From NCBI GenBank assembly GCA_037133595.1, contig JBAXNV010000002.1, forward strand, positions 1 through 58,405: DNA of 58,405 bases. The letters are read 5' to 3'. Below are positions 37,993 to 46,534 of the stretch, piece after piece (within the stretch, counting starts at the first letter, position 1; each line of letters opens with the position of its first letter). The position numbers and the translations under genes are program-made. Under the pieces are notes generated by a model. It saw only the letters and a list, made by a program, of their open reading frames with translations, was not told the DNA's origin and ran no database searches. This DNA comes from a bacterium. Lineage in GTDB: Bacteria; Patescibacteriota; Microgenomatia; UBA1400; UBA12108.

Positions 37993-38313
37993 TTATTTTC
38001 GAGGTAAAATTGATATAAGGTCTTGCATTTCTTTTGAGCTATCATCTTCTTTCGCATGGAAAATTTTGTGCTGTAGGCTAGCGTGTGTTGTGTCGGCAAT
38101 AGGAGCAAGCGGCACTTCTCTGTACATATGTTCTTCTAGAGCTGATTCATCTTCGTGACTGTCCATGGTGTGACCTTTGTCTATCCATTCTTCGGTTACT
38201 TGTTTCGACTTTTCCCATGCACTACGCAAATCTGCTGGCAATAAGGAAACAGCAATCTCTGATGCTAAATCAATTTTGGCAATAGTATCTCTTTGCTTTT
38301 GACTTAATTCCAT
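37993..38313 (-). CDS. Acidic hypothetical protein
   Basis: 106-aa ORF with a GAGGGT SD. I recognised no family. It ends in four consecutive in-frame TAA codons. Confidence 0.4.
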   Translation of the reverse strand: MELSQKQRDTIAKIDLASEIAVSLLPADLRSAWEKSKQVTEEWIDKGHTMDSHEDESALEEHMYREVPLAPIADTTHASLQHKIFHAKEDDSSKEMQDLISILPRK

Positions 38314-38370
38314 ATATCTAACCCTCGTATTTTAATAAGATTATCGCATATTTCCATTTTGGCACGAAAT

Positions 38371-38400
38371 ACTCCAACGATTCGAATCATCGAAGTGACA
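38371..38400 (-). repeat. Short hairpin-forming intergenic motif, copy 2 of 2
   Basis: ACTCCAACGATTCGAATCATCGAAGT matches 1751-1781 at all but 2 positions over the core. On the minus-strand RNA it folds into a 13-position palindrome that uses G-U pairs. Confidence 0.6.
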
Positions 38401-38405
38401 ACAAT

Positions 38406-38430
38406 AAAGCCCCGGAGTTAGCGGGGCTTT
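38406..38430 (-). terminator. Rho-independent terminator of dnaK
   Basis: 9-bp GC-rich stem aaagccccg / cggggcttt with a 7-nt loop, followed by a T-rich tail (TTTATTGTTG) on the minus strand. It lies 53 nt past the dnaK stop. Confidence 0.7.
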
Positions 38431-38482
38431 ATGTTTAACTCTGATTAATTGATTTGCTCAATATCATACTCCTGGAGTGTGA

Positions 38483-40420
38483 TTATTTAGCTTTGCCATC
38501 ATCTACTACCTCGCCCTCTTCGGCTTTGACGTCCTCCTTCGCTCCCGCTTGGGCAGACGAGTCGGATTGGGGTTGAGCATCTTCGGGCTTGGCGCCGTCT
38601 GCTGGTTTCTCTGCTTCGGCAGCGGCTTTATAGAGTCGTTCACCATATTTACTGAGAGACTCAGAGGCTTTCTTAAAGGCCTCATCTATCGACTCGACTG
38701 TGGCGTCATCTTTGTCTTTGGCATCTTTCAAGGCTTTAACAGACTCTTCGATTTCTTTCTTTTCGTCCTGCGTTATTTTGTCACCAGCATCTTTGAGAGT
38801 TTTATCTGTTTGAAAGATAAGAGATTCTGCCTCATTCTTCTTGTCGACAAGGTCTTTTTTCTTCTTGTCCTCATCGGCGTGAGTAGCAGCTTCTTGCTTC
38901 ATTTTCTCAACTTCTTCTTCACTTAGATTGGTGGCATTTTTGATACTAATCTTTTGTTCTTTGCCAGTACCTTTGTCTTTGGCACTTACATGCAAGATGC
39001 CATTACTATCAATGTCAAATGTAACCTCGATTTGTGGGATACCGCGAGGAGCAGGAGCAATACCATCTAGTGAGAAACGGCCTAGACTTTTGTTATCCTG
39101 TGCCATGGGGCGCTCGCCCTGGAGAACATTGATCTCAACCTGAGGTTGATTGTCACTTGCTGTAGAGAAAACCTGGCTCTTGCTGGTTGGAACTGTAGTA
39201 TTTCGTTCGATGAGTGGAGTCATGACAGCACCCATAGTCTCTAGGCCTAAGGTTAAAGGACTTACATCAAGAAGAAGGATGTCGTTGACTTCACCGCCGA
39301 GAATACCAGCTTGAATCGCGGCACCCACAGCTACCACTTCATCTGGATTGACACCCTGGTGGGGATCTTTGCCAAAGAATTTTTTAACTTCTTCTACGAC
39401 CTTTGGCATACGAGTCTGGCCACCAACCATAACAATCTCATCGATGTCGGAAACTTTGAGTTTGGCATCTACAAGACACTTTTTGACGGGTTCAATGGTC
39501 TTTTTAATAAGATCATCTACAAGCTCTTCGAGCTTGGCGCGAGTAAGAGTCATTGTAAGGTGAAGAGGACCATTAGCACCCTGGGTAATAAAGGGCTGAT
39601 TGATCTCTGCGCTACCACTACTACTTAGCTCGATTTTGGCTTTCTCGGCGCTATCGCGAATTCTTTGGAGCGCTTGTTTATCGGCACTAAGGTCGACATT
39701 ATTCTCTTTCTTAAATTCGGCAACGATATAGTCGATAATCTTGTTATTAAAATCATCTCCTCCAAGAAAGGTGTCTCCATTGGTTGCTTTAACCTCAAAA
39801 ACACCATCGCCGATTTCCAATATACTGATATCAAAAGTTCCACCGCCGAGATCATAAACTGCAATTTTGCCAGTCTTCTTCTTATCAAGGCCATAAGCTA
39901 ATGCTGCTGCAGTTGGCTCGTTAACAATACGCTTGACATTGAGTCCAGCAATCTCGCCAGCTTGTTTGGTTGCTTGGCGCTGAGCATCATCAAAATATGC
40001 AGGTACAGTAATAACGGCAGAGTCTACTTTTTCACCCAAATAGGCTTCGGCATCGGCTTTGATTTTGCTTAGAATCTTGCTACTAATTTCTTGAGGGGAA
40101 TAAACTTTGTCGCCTATCTTTACCGCCGCCATATCGTCTTTACCACCAACGATTTCGTAGGGGACTTTTTTCTTACTCTCTTGTACCATTTTGTCGCTAA
40201 GGTGCCTACCCATAAGGCGCTTGACACTATAAATGGTATTTTTGGAATTAAGAATCATTTGATTCTTGGCAACCATTCCAACTAGATTTTTGATTGGTTC
40301 GACGATACTGGGTATGGTATTGCCACCTTCTGCGCTTGGAATAACTTTGGGTTTGCCACCTTCGTAAACTGCAATACAGCTATTTGTAGTGCCTAGATCA
40401 ATTCCTATTGTTTTACTCAT
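38483..40420 (-). CDS. dnaK: Molecular chaperone DnaK (Hsp70)
   Basis: 645 aa with [16 protein letters not shown] and [12 protein letters not shown]. An AGGAGGAA SD lies upstream. Confidence 0.98.
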   Translation of the reverse strand: MSKTIGIDLGTTNSCIAVYEGGKPKVIPSAEGGNTIPSIVEPIKNLVGMVAKNQMILNSKNTIYSVKRLMGRHLSDKMVQESKKKVPYEIVGGKDDMAAVKIGDKVYSPQEISSKILSKIKADAEAYLGEKVDSAVITVPAYFDDAQRQATKQAGEIAGLNVKRIVNEPTAAALAYGLDKKKTGKIAVYDLGGGTFDISILEIGDGVFEVKATNGDTFLGGDDFNNKIIDYIVAEFKKENNVDLSADKQALQRIRDSAEKAKIELSSSGSAEINQPFITQGANGPLHLTMTLTRAKLEELVDDLIKKTIEPVKKCLVDAKLKVSDIDEIVMVGGQTRMPKVVEEVKKFFGKDPHQGVNPDEVVAVGAAIQAGILGGEVNDILLLDVSPLTLGLETMGAVMTPLIERNTTVPTSKSQVFSTASDNQPQVEINVLQGERPMAQDNKSLGRFSLDGIAPAPRGIPQIEVTFDIDSNGILHVSAKDKGTGKEQKISIKNATNLSEEEVEKMKQEAATHADEDKKKKDLVDKKNEAESLIFQTDKTLKDAGDKITQDEKKEIEESVKALKDAKDKDDATVESIDEAFKKASESLSKYGERLYKAAAEAEKPADGAKPEDAQPQSDSSAQAGAKEDVKAEEGEVVDDGKAK

Positions 40421-40466
40421 TTGGATTCCTCCTAAATTTATATATATTTTGACTAATTAATACGTA

Positions 40467-40539
40467 AAGGACTCTCCTTTCGCCTGTCGGCGAGCCCTTC
40501 TTGGCTTACAGCCAGGAATTCCTGTTAAGGAGAGTCCTT
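40467..40539 (-). promoter_or_regulatory. 73-nt structured intercistronic RNA element spanning the grpE 3' end and the dnaK leader
   Basis: A perfect 13-bp closing stem (aaggactctcctt 40467-40479 / aaggagagtcctt 40527-40539) encloses 47 nt. That interior can form three short hairpins: tcgcc-tgtc-ggcga, tggct-tac-agcca and cagg-aatt-cctg. Confidence 0.45.
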
Positions 40540-40995
40540 GGGAGCAACGCCATTACCAACAATAACGCGGGCAGGGCGAAGAACGCGATCGAAAAGCTTG
40601 TACCCAAGACGCACCGTAGTTACAACCTCGCCCTCTTTACCTGCGACTTGCTCCTGGCATTCCATAATGGTTGGATCAAACGCACCAGTAGTTGCTATTG
40701 TGATTACACCCTCATCTGTGAGGATTTTGTCGAAAGAACTCATGATCATGCTGAGACTCTTGTCACCGGCAGCTGCCGCTAACCCAAGATGATCTCGTAC
40801 TTCTAATAATTTCTCAAGTATCGAAGAATTGGCGTATTTGATCATATTTCCACTCTCTCTAGAGTAACGAGCTTCGAGATTGTGATAATCGGCCACTGAC
40901 CGAGCGAGGCGCTCTTTGAGACTTGAGATCTCAACATCTGAAGAGTTGGTAATTATGCTTGGCTCTTGAATAATTGTTGTTTGTTTTTTGGTCAT
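40525..40995 (-). CDS. grpE: Nucleotide exchange factor GrpE
   Basis: 156 aa with a coiled N-terminal helix and a C-terminal beta domain (RLGYKLFDRVLRPARVIV). It lies between hrcA and dnaK. Confidence 0.9.
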   Translation of the reverse strand: MTKKQTTIIQEPSIITNSSDVEISSLKERLARSVADYHNLEARYSRESGNMIKYANSSILEKLLEVRDHLGLAAAAGDKSLSMIMSSFDKILTDEGVITIATTGAFDPTIMECQEQVAGKEGEVVTTVRLGYKLFDRVLRPARVIVGNGVAPKDSP

Positions 40996-41008
40996 ATTTA
41001 TTCCCTAC

Positions 41009-41746
41009 TTAACAGTTGGCTCCTATTTCACCGAGTAATGACTGAAAATGACGCAACATGGGCATAACGTATGGGTAATTAAGGCGAGCTGGGCCAATAA
41101 CCCCTATGTGACCTGACCTAGATCCTGCTTGAAAATCGATGTATGCAAAGGCGCAAGGATAAAGCTCTATATGGCCAAATTCATCACCAAGAATAATATG
41201 GAGAGTATCGCTACTGCCAGTATTGGCGACATGAGCAAAAAGTTCGGCCATTGCGCGATGAGATTCAACCATAGTCAGAACCATGCGAGTGGTATCAATA
41301 TCATAAAATTCTGGGATTGCGAGAATATTGGCATAACCACTTGAAAAAACCGAGCCATCATTGGTAGTTGCAACGCCCAAATTCCCAGTTTTCTCAGACA
41401 AAACCCTCGTTGCTTCCTGAAGAAGAACATCAATTTCGCTTCTAGCATCCCAGATTCGTTCTTTAACAGAAATGCTCTCTGTTATGGGCAATTCTACTTC
41501 TTGCATAAGCTCAGTTACGTATAACTTGAGAGCAATTGGAGTTGGCACACGACCAGCAGAGGTGTGTGGTTGTTTGAGATACCCAAGATCTTCCAGACGA
41601 ACCATTTCATTGCGAATAGTGGCTGGGGAAACTCCGAGATTATATTTTTTGTCGAGAGTTTCACTCCCAACAGCTTCGCCAGTACTCGTATATTCCTCTA
41701 CTATGGCTTTGAGTAGATTTATTTGTCGTTGCGATAATGGTTTCAT
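41009..41746 (-). CDS. hrcA: Heat-inducible transcription repressor HrcA (short form)
   Basis: 245 aa with a winged-helix N-terminus (GEAVGSETL...SPATIRNEMVRLEDLGYLKQPHTSAGRVPT). A CIRCE-like operator lies directly upstream. Confidence 0.9.
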   Translation of the reverse strand: MKPLSQRQINLLKAIVEEYTSTGEAVGSETLDKKYNLGVSPATIRNEMVRLEDLGYLKQPHTSAGRVPTPIALKLYVTELMQEVELPITESISVKERIWDARSEIDVLLQEATRVLSEKTGNLGVATTNDGSVFSSGYANILAIPEFYDIDTTRMVLTMVESHRAMAELFAHVANTGSSDTLHIILGDEFGHIELYPCAFAYIDFQAGSRSGHIGVIGPARLNYPYVMPMLRHFQSLLGEIGANC

Positions 41747-41747
41747 A

Positions 41748-41784
41748 TTAGCAGTATGATACCGAGAGTGCCAACTGCTGTCAA
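41748..41784 (-). promoter_or_regulatory. hrcA promoter with an overlapping CIRCE-like operator
   Basis: The minus strand reads TTGACA (41784-41779), 17 nt, TATCAT (41761-41756), 9 nt, ATG. The inverted repeat is TTGGCACTC-N9-TACTGCTAA (41774-41748), against the CIRCE consensus TTAGCACTC-N9-GAGTGCTAA (8/9 and 7/9 matches). Confidence 0.65.
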
Positions 41785-41793
41785 TGGGGGAAT

Positions 41794-42747
41794 TTAGAAA
41801 CCGATCGTCATCCAGTCCTTGATTCTTTGATTGTTGCGGCCAATAAATACGTTCTTCAGGTTATTTACTATTTGATTCGTGTCATTGCCAACTTTAATGA
41901 AAGAATCAATCCAACAAAGTAACGTTTTGATCGAATAGTTGTCTTTTCCTCCCAGAATGTAGTTACTGAGGACACCATGGTGGATGGCGGGTAGGAAATA
42001 GTCATTATCAATGAGCTTGTCTAAAATGGGCCGAGGAATACCAACGCGACTTAGCATGTTTTTGACCTTGTCTGCGAGATAGTAGGGCGATAATTCGTTA
42101 ATAGATACGTCGCTAAGTGTCATTGCTCTTTTGCATGCATTTTTTGCGAGAAGATCAACTTTCTTATTCTTAGATTCCACGTTGTGCGCAGTCATGATCA
42201 CTTTGCAATCCGAAGTAAGAAGTTTTTGGAAGAACTCAATTCTTTTTTGTGCTAGTGGTCCCAAATTGAGATTTCCCTGCTTCTCCCATAGATAGTCGGC
42301 GCTATCTAGCATATAGATTGCACTTGGCGCTGCAATCTTCCCTTTTCCAAGATAATAATCAAGTCTTTCCATTGCCTTATCAATATCCGCGGCCGTGCCA
42401 TGTGTCAAAAATCCAAGATCAAGTCGCATGTATGACTCCCCCGTAGCTGTCCGTTGTGTTTGTAGAAAAGTCCCAAGTTCACCAAGAAAGGTTGTTTTAC
42501 CAAAGCCGTCCCCACCCTGCCACCATACCTTTTGGCCTTTTTGCATTTTCCACCAGGTATCTCTAATTTCTTGCTCCCGCAGACAGTCGCTAAGTTGAAA
42601 CTGTTCGGGCGTGGGATAATCGACACCGAGGGCACCAAGTAAGGCAAACCCAATACCGCCTTTTTGCCCGCGGAGACCATGCTCAATCACCTGATTCATT
42701 TCACGGGTATCCAGTTGCTCTAATGGTGTTGTTTCATGAGACATCAT
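41794..42747 (-). CDS. P-loop NTPase of unknown function
   Basis: 317 aa with Walker A GGDGFGKTT, a Walker-B-like segment AIYMLDSAD, a VIMTAHN sensor-like segment and a C-terminal domain of about 90 aa. I recognised no family. Confidence 0.7.
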   Translation of the reverse strand: MMSHETTPLEQLDTREMNQVIEHGLRGQKGGIGFALLGALGVDYPTPEQFQLSDCLREQEIRDTWWKMQKGQKVWWQGGDGFGKTTFLGELGTFLQTQRTATGESYMRLDLGFLTHGTAADIDKAMERLDYYLGKGKIAAPSAIYMLDSADYLWEKQGNLNLGPLAQKRIEFFQKLLTSDCKVIMTAHNVESKNKKVDLLAKNACKRAMTLSDVSINELSPYYLADKVKNMLSRVGIPRPILDKLIDNDYFLPAIHHGVLSNYILGGKDNYSIKTLLCWIDSFIKVGNDTNQIVNNLKNVFIGRNNQRIKDWMTIGF

Positions 42748-42791
42748 GACAACTATAGCGCAAATTATTAGTATGGGTAAATTTGTTAACC

Positions 42792-42974
42792 TTAAAGTTG
42801 GCTATGGGTACCAAGTCGCACAAAAATAACTCTATGCCTGTCATCTTTTAGAAAGATGGCGTGCCAATCGCCAGAGATATTGATGCTGTAAGAACCTGCA
42901 AATTTACCTGTCAAGGCATGATCATTGAGAATTGGTAACGTTGGATTGTTCTGGAAGAGTTCGAGGCGAGGAAG
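42792..42974 (-). pseudogene. 5'-truncated RelE/YafQ-family mRNA-interferase toxin relic
   Basis: Hand translation gives LPRLELFQNNPTLPILNDHALTGKFAGSYSINISGDWHAIFLKDDRHRVIFVRLGTHSQL-stop. This corresponds to roughly the last two thirds of YafQ/RelE toxins. It has no ATG, GTG or TTG start and begins immediately after the lepA TAA. No antitoxin gene is present. Confidence 0.6.
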
Positions 42975-44765
42975 TTAGATTTTTAAGATCTCTGTGAAGG
43001 CTTCCTGAGGCACAGCAACATTACCAATCTGTTTCATTCGTTTTTTACCCTTCTTTTGCTTCTCCAAGAGTTTTCTATTGCGACTAATATCACCACCATG
43101 CAACTTGGCTTCGACATCTTTCCTGTAGGCTCGCACTGTCTCTCTTGCAATAATTTTGCCTCCTATTACTGCTTGAATAGGGATTTCAAACTGCATGCGG
43201 GGGATAGCACCCTTGAGCTTTTCGACGAGCACTCGACTTTTGCTCTCTGATGCCTCGCGCGGCACAATAAAGCTTAGAGCATCGGCGACAGTGCCGTTGA
43301 GCATGATGTCAACTTTGACAGCGTCGACCTTTTCATACCCTGCGTGATCATATTGCACTGAGGCATAGCCAGAGGAAACGGACTTGAGTTTGTCATAGAA
43401 ATTGGTAATTAGCTCTATTAAAGGCATCATGTATGTCAACTGAACTCGGTCTGCTATATATTGCATGTCAACAAAAGTTGCGCGCTTGTTTTTGCACAAT
43501 TCCATGATTCCTCCAACGTACTTGTCTGGAGTAAATAGAGTGAGCGCAACTATTGGTTCTTCAATGTGAAGGATTGACTCTGGTGCTGGGAAATCGGCGG
43601 GAGAAGAAACTTCAACATATTCGGACGAATCCACGGATTCGCCCCTACGGAGATGAATGTGATAAGGAACAGAGGGAGAAGTGTTAACAACATCAAGATT
43701 AAACTCACGCGAAAGCCGTTCTACTACAATCTCGGCGTGCAAAATCCCCAAAAATCCAACGCGGAAGCCATGTCCAAGTGCTGGACTTGCAGCTGGCTTG
43801 TAGGTAAGACTAGCATCGTTTAGAGCAAGCTTGCCAAGGGCATCTACTAGATCTCGATATTGATCGGCATCGACTGGATATAGATCCATAAAAACCATGG
43901 GTTGGGGTCGTTCATACCCAGGTACAGGGATAATGGTTGAACCAATTGTTGTTACAGTATCGCCAACCGTTACCTCGCGAATGTCCTTTAGACCCGTGGC
44001 AATATATCCAACAGTGCCTGCTGGAAGCGCGTCTACCCTATTCATGCCTGGCTTGAAAATGCCAATCTCTAAGGGAGACAGCTCTTCTTTGGTGGCGTGA
44101 AGAATTAGACGAGCGATATTTGTCTTGTTTAATTCTCCAGCAACTACTTTGACAAAGGCAATAACACCCATGTGCGTGTGAAAGGTAGAATTGAAGATGA
44201 AGGCTTTGAGGCTTTTGTCTGGCTCGACATGTGGGGGTGGTATACGATCAATTATCTCGGCGAGCAACGCCGGTACGCCTTCTCCCGTTTTAGCTGAGAC
44301 CTTGAGAATTTCGCCTTCTTTAAACCCAAGAGCCACAAGCTCCTTTATTACTCTCTCTGGTTCAGAACTATCGAGATCTATTTTGTTGAGGGCTGGGATA
44401 ATTACAAGCCCCTCCGCTCTAGCATGTTCAAGATTAGCAATTGTCTGAGCCTGAACTCCCTTAGTAGCATCGACCACGAGCACAGCCCCTTCACATGCCT
44501 TGAGAGATCGACTAACCTCATAGGAAAAATCGACATGGCCTGGAGTGTCTATCAAATTAAGAATATATCCTTGGTATTGCATCTGAACCGGTGCCAGTTT
44601 GATAGTGATCCCACGTTCTTTTTCGATAGGATTACTATCCATCAAACGTTCCTCGGACATTCCTTTTTGAATAGTGCCGGTAGTTTCTAGTAGCCTGTCA
44701 GTAAGCGTGGTTTTGCCATGATCAATGTGAGCAATGATGCTAAAATTTCTAATTGGTAAATCCAT
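42975..44765 (-). CDS. lepA: Elongation factor 4 (LepA)
   Basis: 596 aa with the G domain IIAHIDHGKTTLTDRLL and DTPGHVDF, and a LepA-specific C-terminal domain. Confidence 0.97.
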   Translation of the reverse strand: MDLPIRNFSIIAHIDHGKTTLTDRLLETTGTIQKGMSEERLMDSNPIEKERGITIKLAPVQMQYQGYILNLIDTPGHVDFSYEVSRSLKACEGAVLVVDATKGVQAQTIANLEHARAEGLVIIPALNKIDLDSSEPERVIKELVALGFKEGEILKVSAKTGEGVPALLAEIIDRIPPPHVEPDKSLKAFIFNSTFHTHMGVIAFVKVVAGELNKTNIARLILHATKEELSPLEIGIFKPGMNRVDALPAGTVGYIATGLKDIREVTVGDTVTTIGSTIIPVPGYERPQPMVFMDLYPVDADQYRDLVDALGKLALNDASLTYKPAASPALGHGFRVGFLGILHAEIVVERLSREFNLDVVNTSPSVPYHIHLRRGESVDSSEYVEVSSPADFPAPESILHIEEPIVALTLFTPDKYVGGIMELCKNKRATFVDMQYIADRVQLTYMMPLIELITNFYDKLKSVSSGYASVQYDHAGYEKVDAVKVDIMLNGTVADALSFIVPREASESKSRVLVEKLKGAIPRMQFEIPIQAVIGGKIIARETVRAYRKDVEAKLHGGDISRNRKLLEKQKKGKKRMKQIGNVAVPQEAFTEILKI

Positions 44766-44774
44766 AGGAAGTTA

Positions 44775-46430
44775 TTATACAGAGGATTCTTGAGATTCGA
44801 GCGATTCGCCACTAGCGGTAAGAGCTTTTTTCCAATCCCCAACCTTTTTGACTATGCCGAAAAATATTTCCAACTCTCTAATTTTGAGTAAATATGACAA
44901 ACCAATATACACACTAAGACCAATGATCGTTACTACAAGAGTTAGTAAAATTAGAGGAATAGTACGAGTTGTATCAAAAATCAATCTATCTAGGAGGCGA
45001 AGTGGGCCCCAGAGACTAAATCCCATGATTGTACTAGCTAGTAACATGCGACCAAAAGGAATTAGAGTAGTGCGGATTGGGAAATGAGCGATGTTGTATA
45101 AAAAAGCGGTTAGTATTATTGTCTCCAAGATAGAAGCCGTCGTAATTGCTGCTGCCATACCAATAACTCCAGTTTGAATAATAAATAGAAGATAATAGCT
45201 AAGGCCAACGTTTATGACGGTTGAAAGCGCGCTTATAATTAGAGGAGTGAACGTGTCGTGTAGAGCATAAAAAACGCGAATCACAACGTGGGTGAGCGAA
45301 CGTGCGGCGATCGAGAGAGCAAGAAGCGCAACTAGCTTGCCAGTCATAACTGTTTCGGCCCAAGGAAAAGAATCAGCCCCATAAGCCAAGCGAACTAGTG
45401 GAATGCGAAGAATAAGAATCAAGATACTTGCGGGTAAAGCAAGATACAACATCTGCAATATCGTATCGTTTACCATGCCAGCGAGACTGCCTAGATTATT
45501 CTTAGCACTCTCCTTGCTAAAAAATGGAAGTGAGGCTTGGCCAATGGGTACCCCAATGAGGCGAACTGGAACTCCAGCAAGCTGTTGGGCTATAGCCATA
45601 ATCGTTACTGAGCCCGCGGAAAGCCAGGAAGAAAAAGCAATAATGGCGGTGGCTTCAATCTGACTCAGAGAAAGAGTAAGTACTCTTGGAAGCATTAACC
45701 TGCCCATTTCGGAAACTGCCTTGTGGGGACGAAAATTAAATGAATAACGAAAACCAAGCGCGCGCGAAAGAGGAATCTGAGCAAGGAGATGTAATATAGC
45801 TCCAAGAACAACTCCTAGTGCTGGACCAACTATCCCAAATTGCTTGCTGAAGAGAATTGTTCCAATAATAATACCAACATTATAAAGAATCGGCGAAATG
45901 GCAGGGATAAGAAATCTTTTTTGGGATTGGATTATACCAGTGAGAAAGGATGAAAAACCAAAAAGAATTTGGGCTACTGCCATAACTCTAGTAAGCAGAG
46001 TCATGAGCTCTATTTGACTATCGTTAAACCCGCCTGCAATAAGATGAGATAGTGGTTTTGCCCAGATAATGATTCCAACAACCAAAATACACATTATGCC
46101 AACGACATAGTTGATCATTGTCGAAGCAATTTGACTCGCCTCCTTTTCCCCTTCTTTTTCGTGATACTTGGTGAAAACAGGAATAAACGCTGACGACAAA
46201 GCACCAACAATAAAAATTTGAAAAACCATATCGGGGAGTCGAAAAGCTGCCCAAAAAACGTCGACTAGGCCTTTGTCGGCGAAAAAATAGCTGATTAGTA
46301 ATCTAGTTCTAACAACTCCCAGAAAAGCCGAAATTAAAGTGGCGCCCATAATAACAAGAGCTGCAGAGAGAATTGAGTTATTTTCGCGCGAAATGAGAGT
46401 TTTGCTGTGTCGAAGAAGACGATTAAACAT
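44775..46430 (-). CDS. murJ: Lipid II flippase MurJ (MviN family)
   Basis: Polytopic MOP-family protein. I prefer the start MFNRLLRHSK at 46430. The longer ORF to 46517 would leave only 17 nt before the divergent rpsT. Confidence 0.85.
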   Translation of the reverse strand: MFNRLLRHSKTLISRENNSILSAALVIMGATLISAFLGVVRTRLLISYFFADKGLVDVFWAAFRLPDMVFQIFIVGALSSAFIPVFTKYHEKEGEKEASQIASTMINYVVGIMCILVVGIIIWAKPLSHLIAGGFNDSQIELMTLLTRVMAVAQILFGFSSFLTGIIQSQKRFLIPAISPILYNVGIIIGTILFSKQFGIVGPALGVVLGAILHLLAQIPLSRALGFRYSFNFRPHKAVSEMGRLMLPRVLTLSLSQIEATAIIAFSSWLSAGSVTIMAIAQQLAGVPVRLIGVPIGQASLPFFSKESAKNNLGSLAGMVNDTILQMLYLALPASILILILRIPLVRLAYGADSFPWAETVMTGKLVALLALSIAARSLTHVVIRVFYALHDTFTPLIISALSTVINVGLSYYLLFIIQTGVIGMAAAITTASILETIILTAFLYNIAHFPIRTTLIPFGRMLLASTIMGFSLWGPLRLLDRLIFDTTRTIPLILLTLVVTIIGLSVYIGLSYLLKIRELEIFFGIVKKVGDWKKALTASGESLESQESSV

Positions 46431-46490
46431 ATATTTACGAGTGTAAATGTAAAAGTGCAAAGTGTATAGCCTCAGAATATCTGACTTTCG

Positions 46491-46499
46491 TGGTATAAT
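46491..46499 (+). promoter_or_regulatory. Extended -10 promoter element of rpsT
   Basis: TGGTATAAT at 46491-46499. AGGAG follows at 46525-46529 and the ATG at 46535. Confidence 0.5.
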
Positions 46500-46534
46500 T
46501 TGGAAGACAAAAGACATTATATATAGGAGTTATC

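Noticed and set aside
40467-40539. The 73-nt four-way-junction element as a tRNA gene
   Set aside because: The length is tRNA-like, but the closing stem is 13 bp instead of 7. The loops lack D- and T-loop consensus, no 7-nt anticodon loop is evident, and one arm is grpE coding sequence. It is reported as a structured element, not as a tRNA.
2197-40792. Many 60-165-aa ORFs antisense to or out of frame within large conserved genes. Examples are 3427-3720, 5511-5801, 6404-6673, 14680-15132, 15597-16094, 19408-19848, 33758-34255, 38549-38926 and 40501-40792.
   Set aside because: Each is fully contained in a gene with strong family signatures (rpoC, rpoB, alaS, ftsK, dnaJ, dnaK, grpE). Their translations are low-complexity or lack motifs. 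They are typical shadow ORFs.
42792-44765. Possible stop-codon readthrough or recoding, because the toxin relic is in frame with lepA and the comEC halves are in frame across a TAA
   Set aside because: TAA also terminates rpoC and many other ORFs at expected family lengths. TGA terminates rpoB and ftsK normally, so there is no evidence for an alternative code. A LepA-toxin fusion has no biological rationale, and a shared frame is a 1-in-3 coincidence.
46431-46534. The minus-to-plus strand switch between murJ and rpsT as a replication origin
   Set aside because: The spacer is only ~100 nt. I saw no DnaA-box (TTATCCACA-like) clusters or AT-rich unwinding repeats, and no dnaA or dnaN nearby. 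Gene orientation flips back to minus at 52231.
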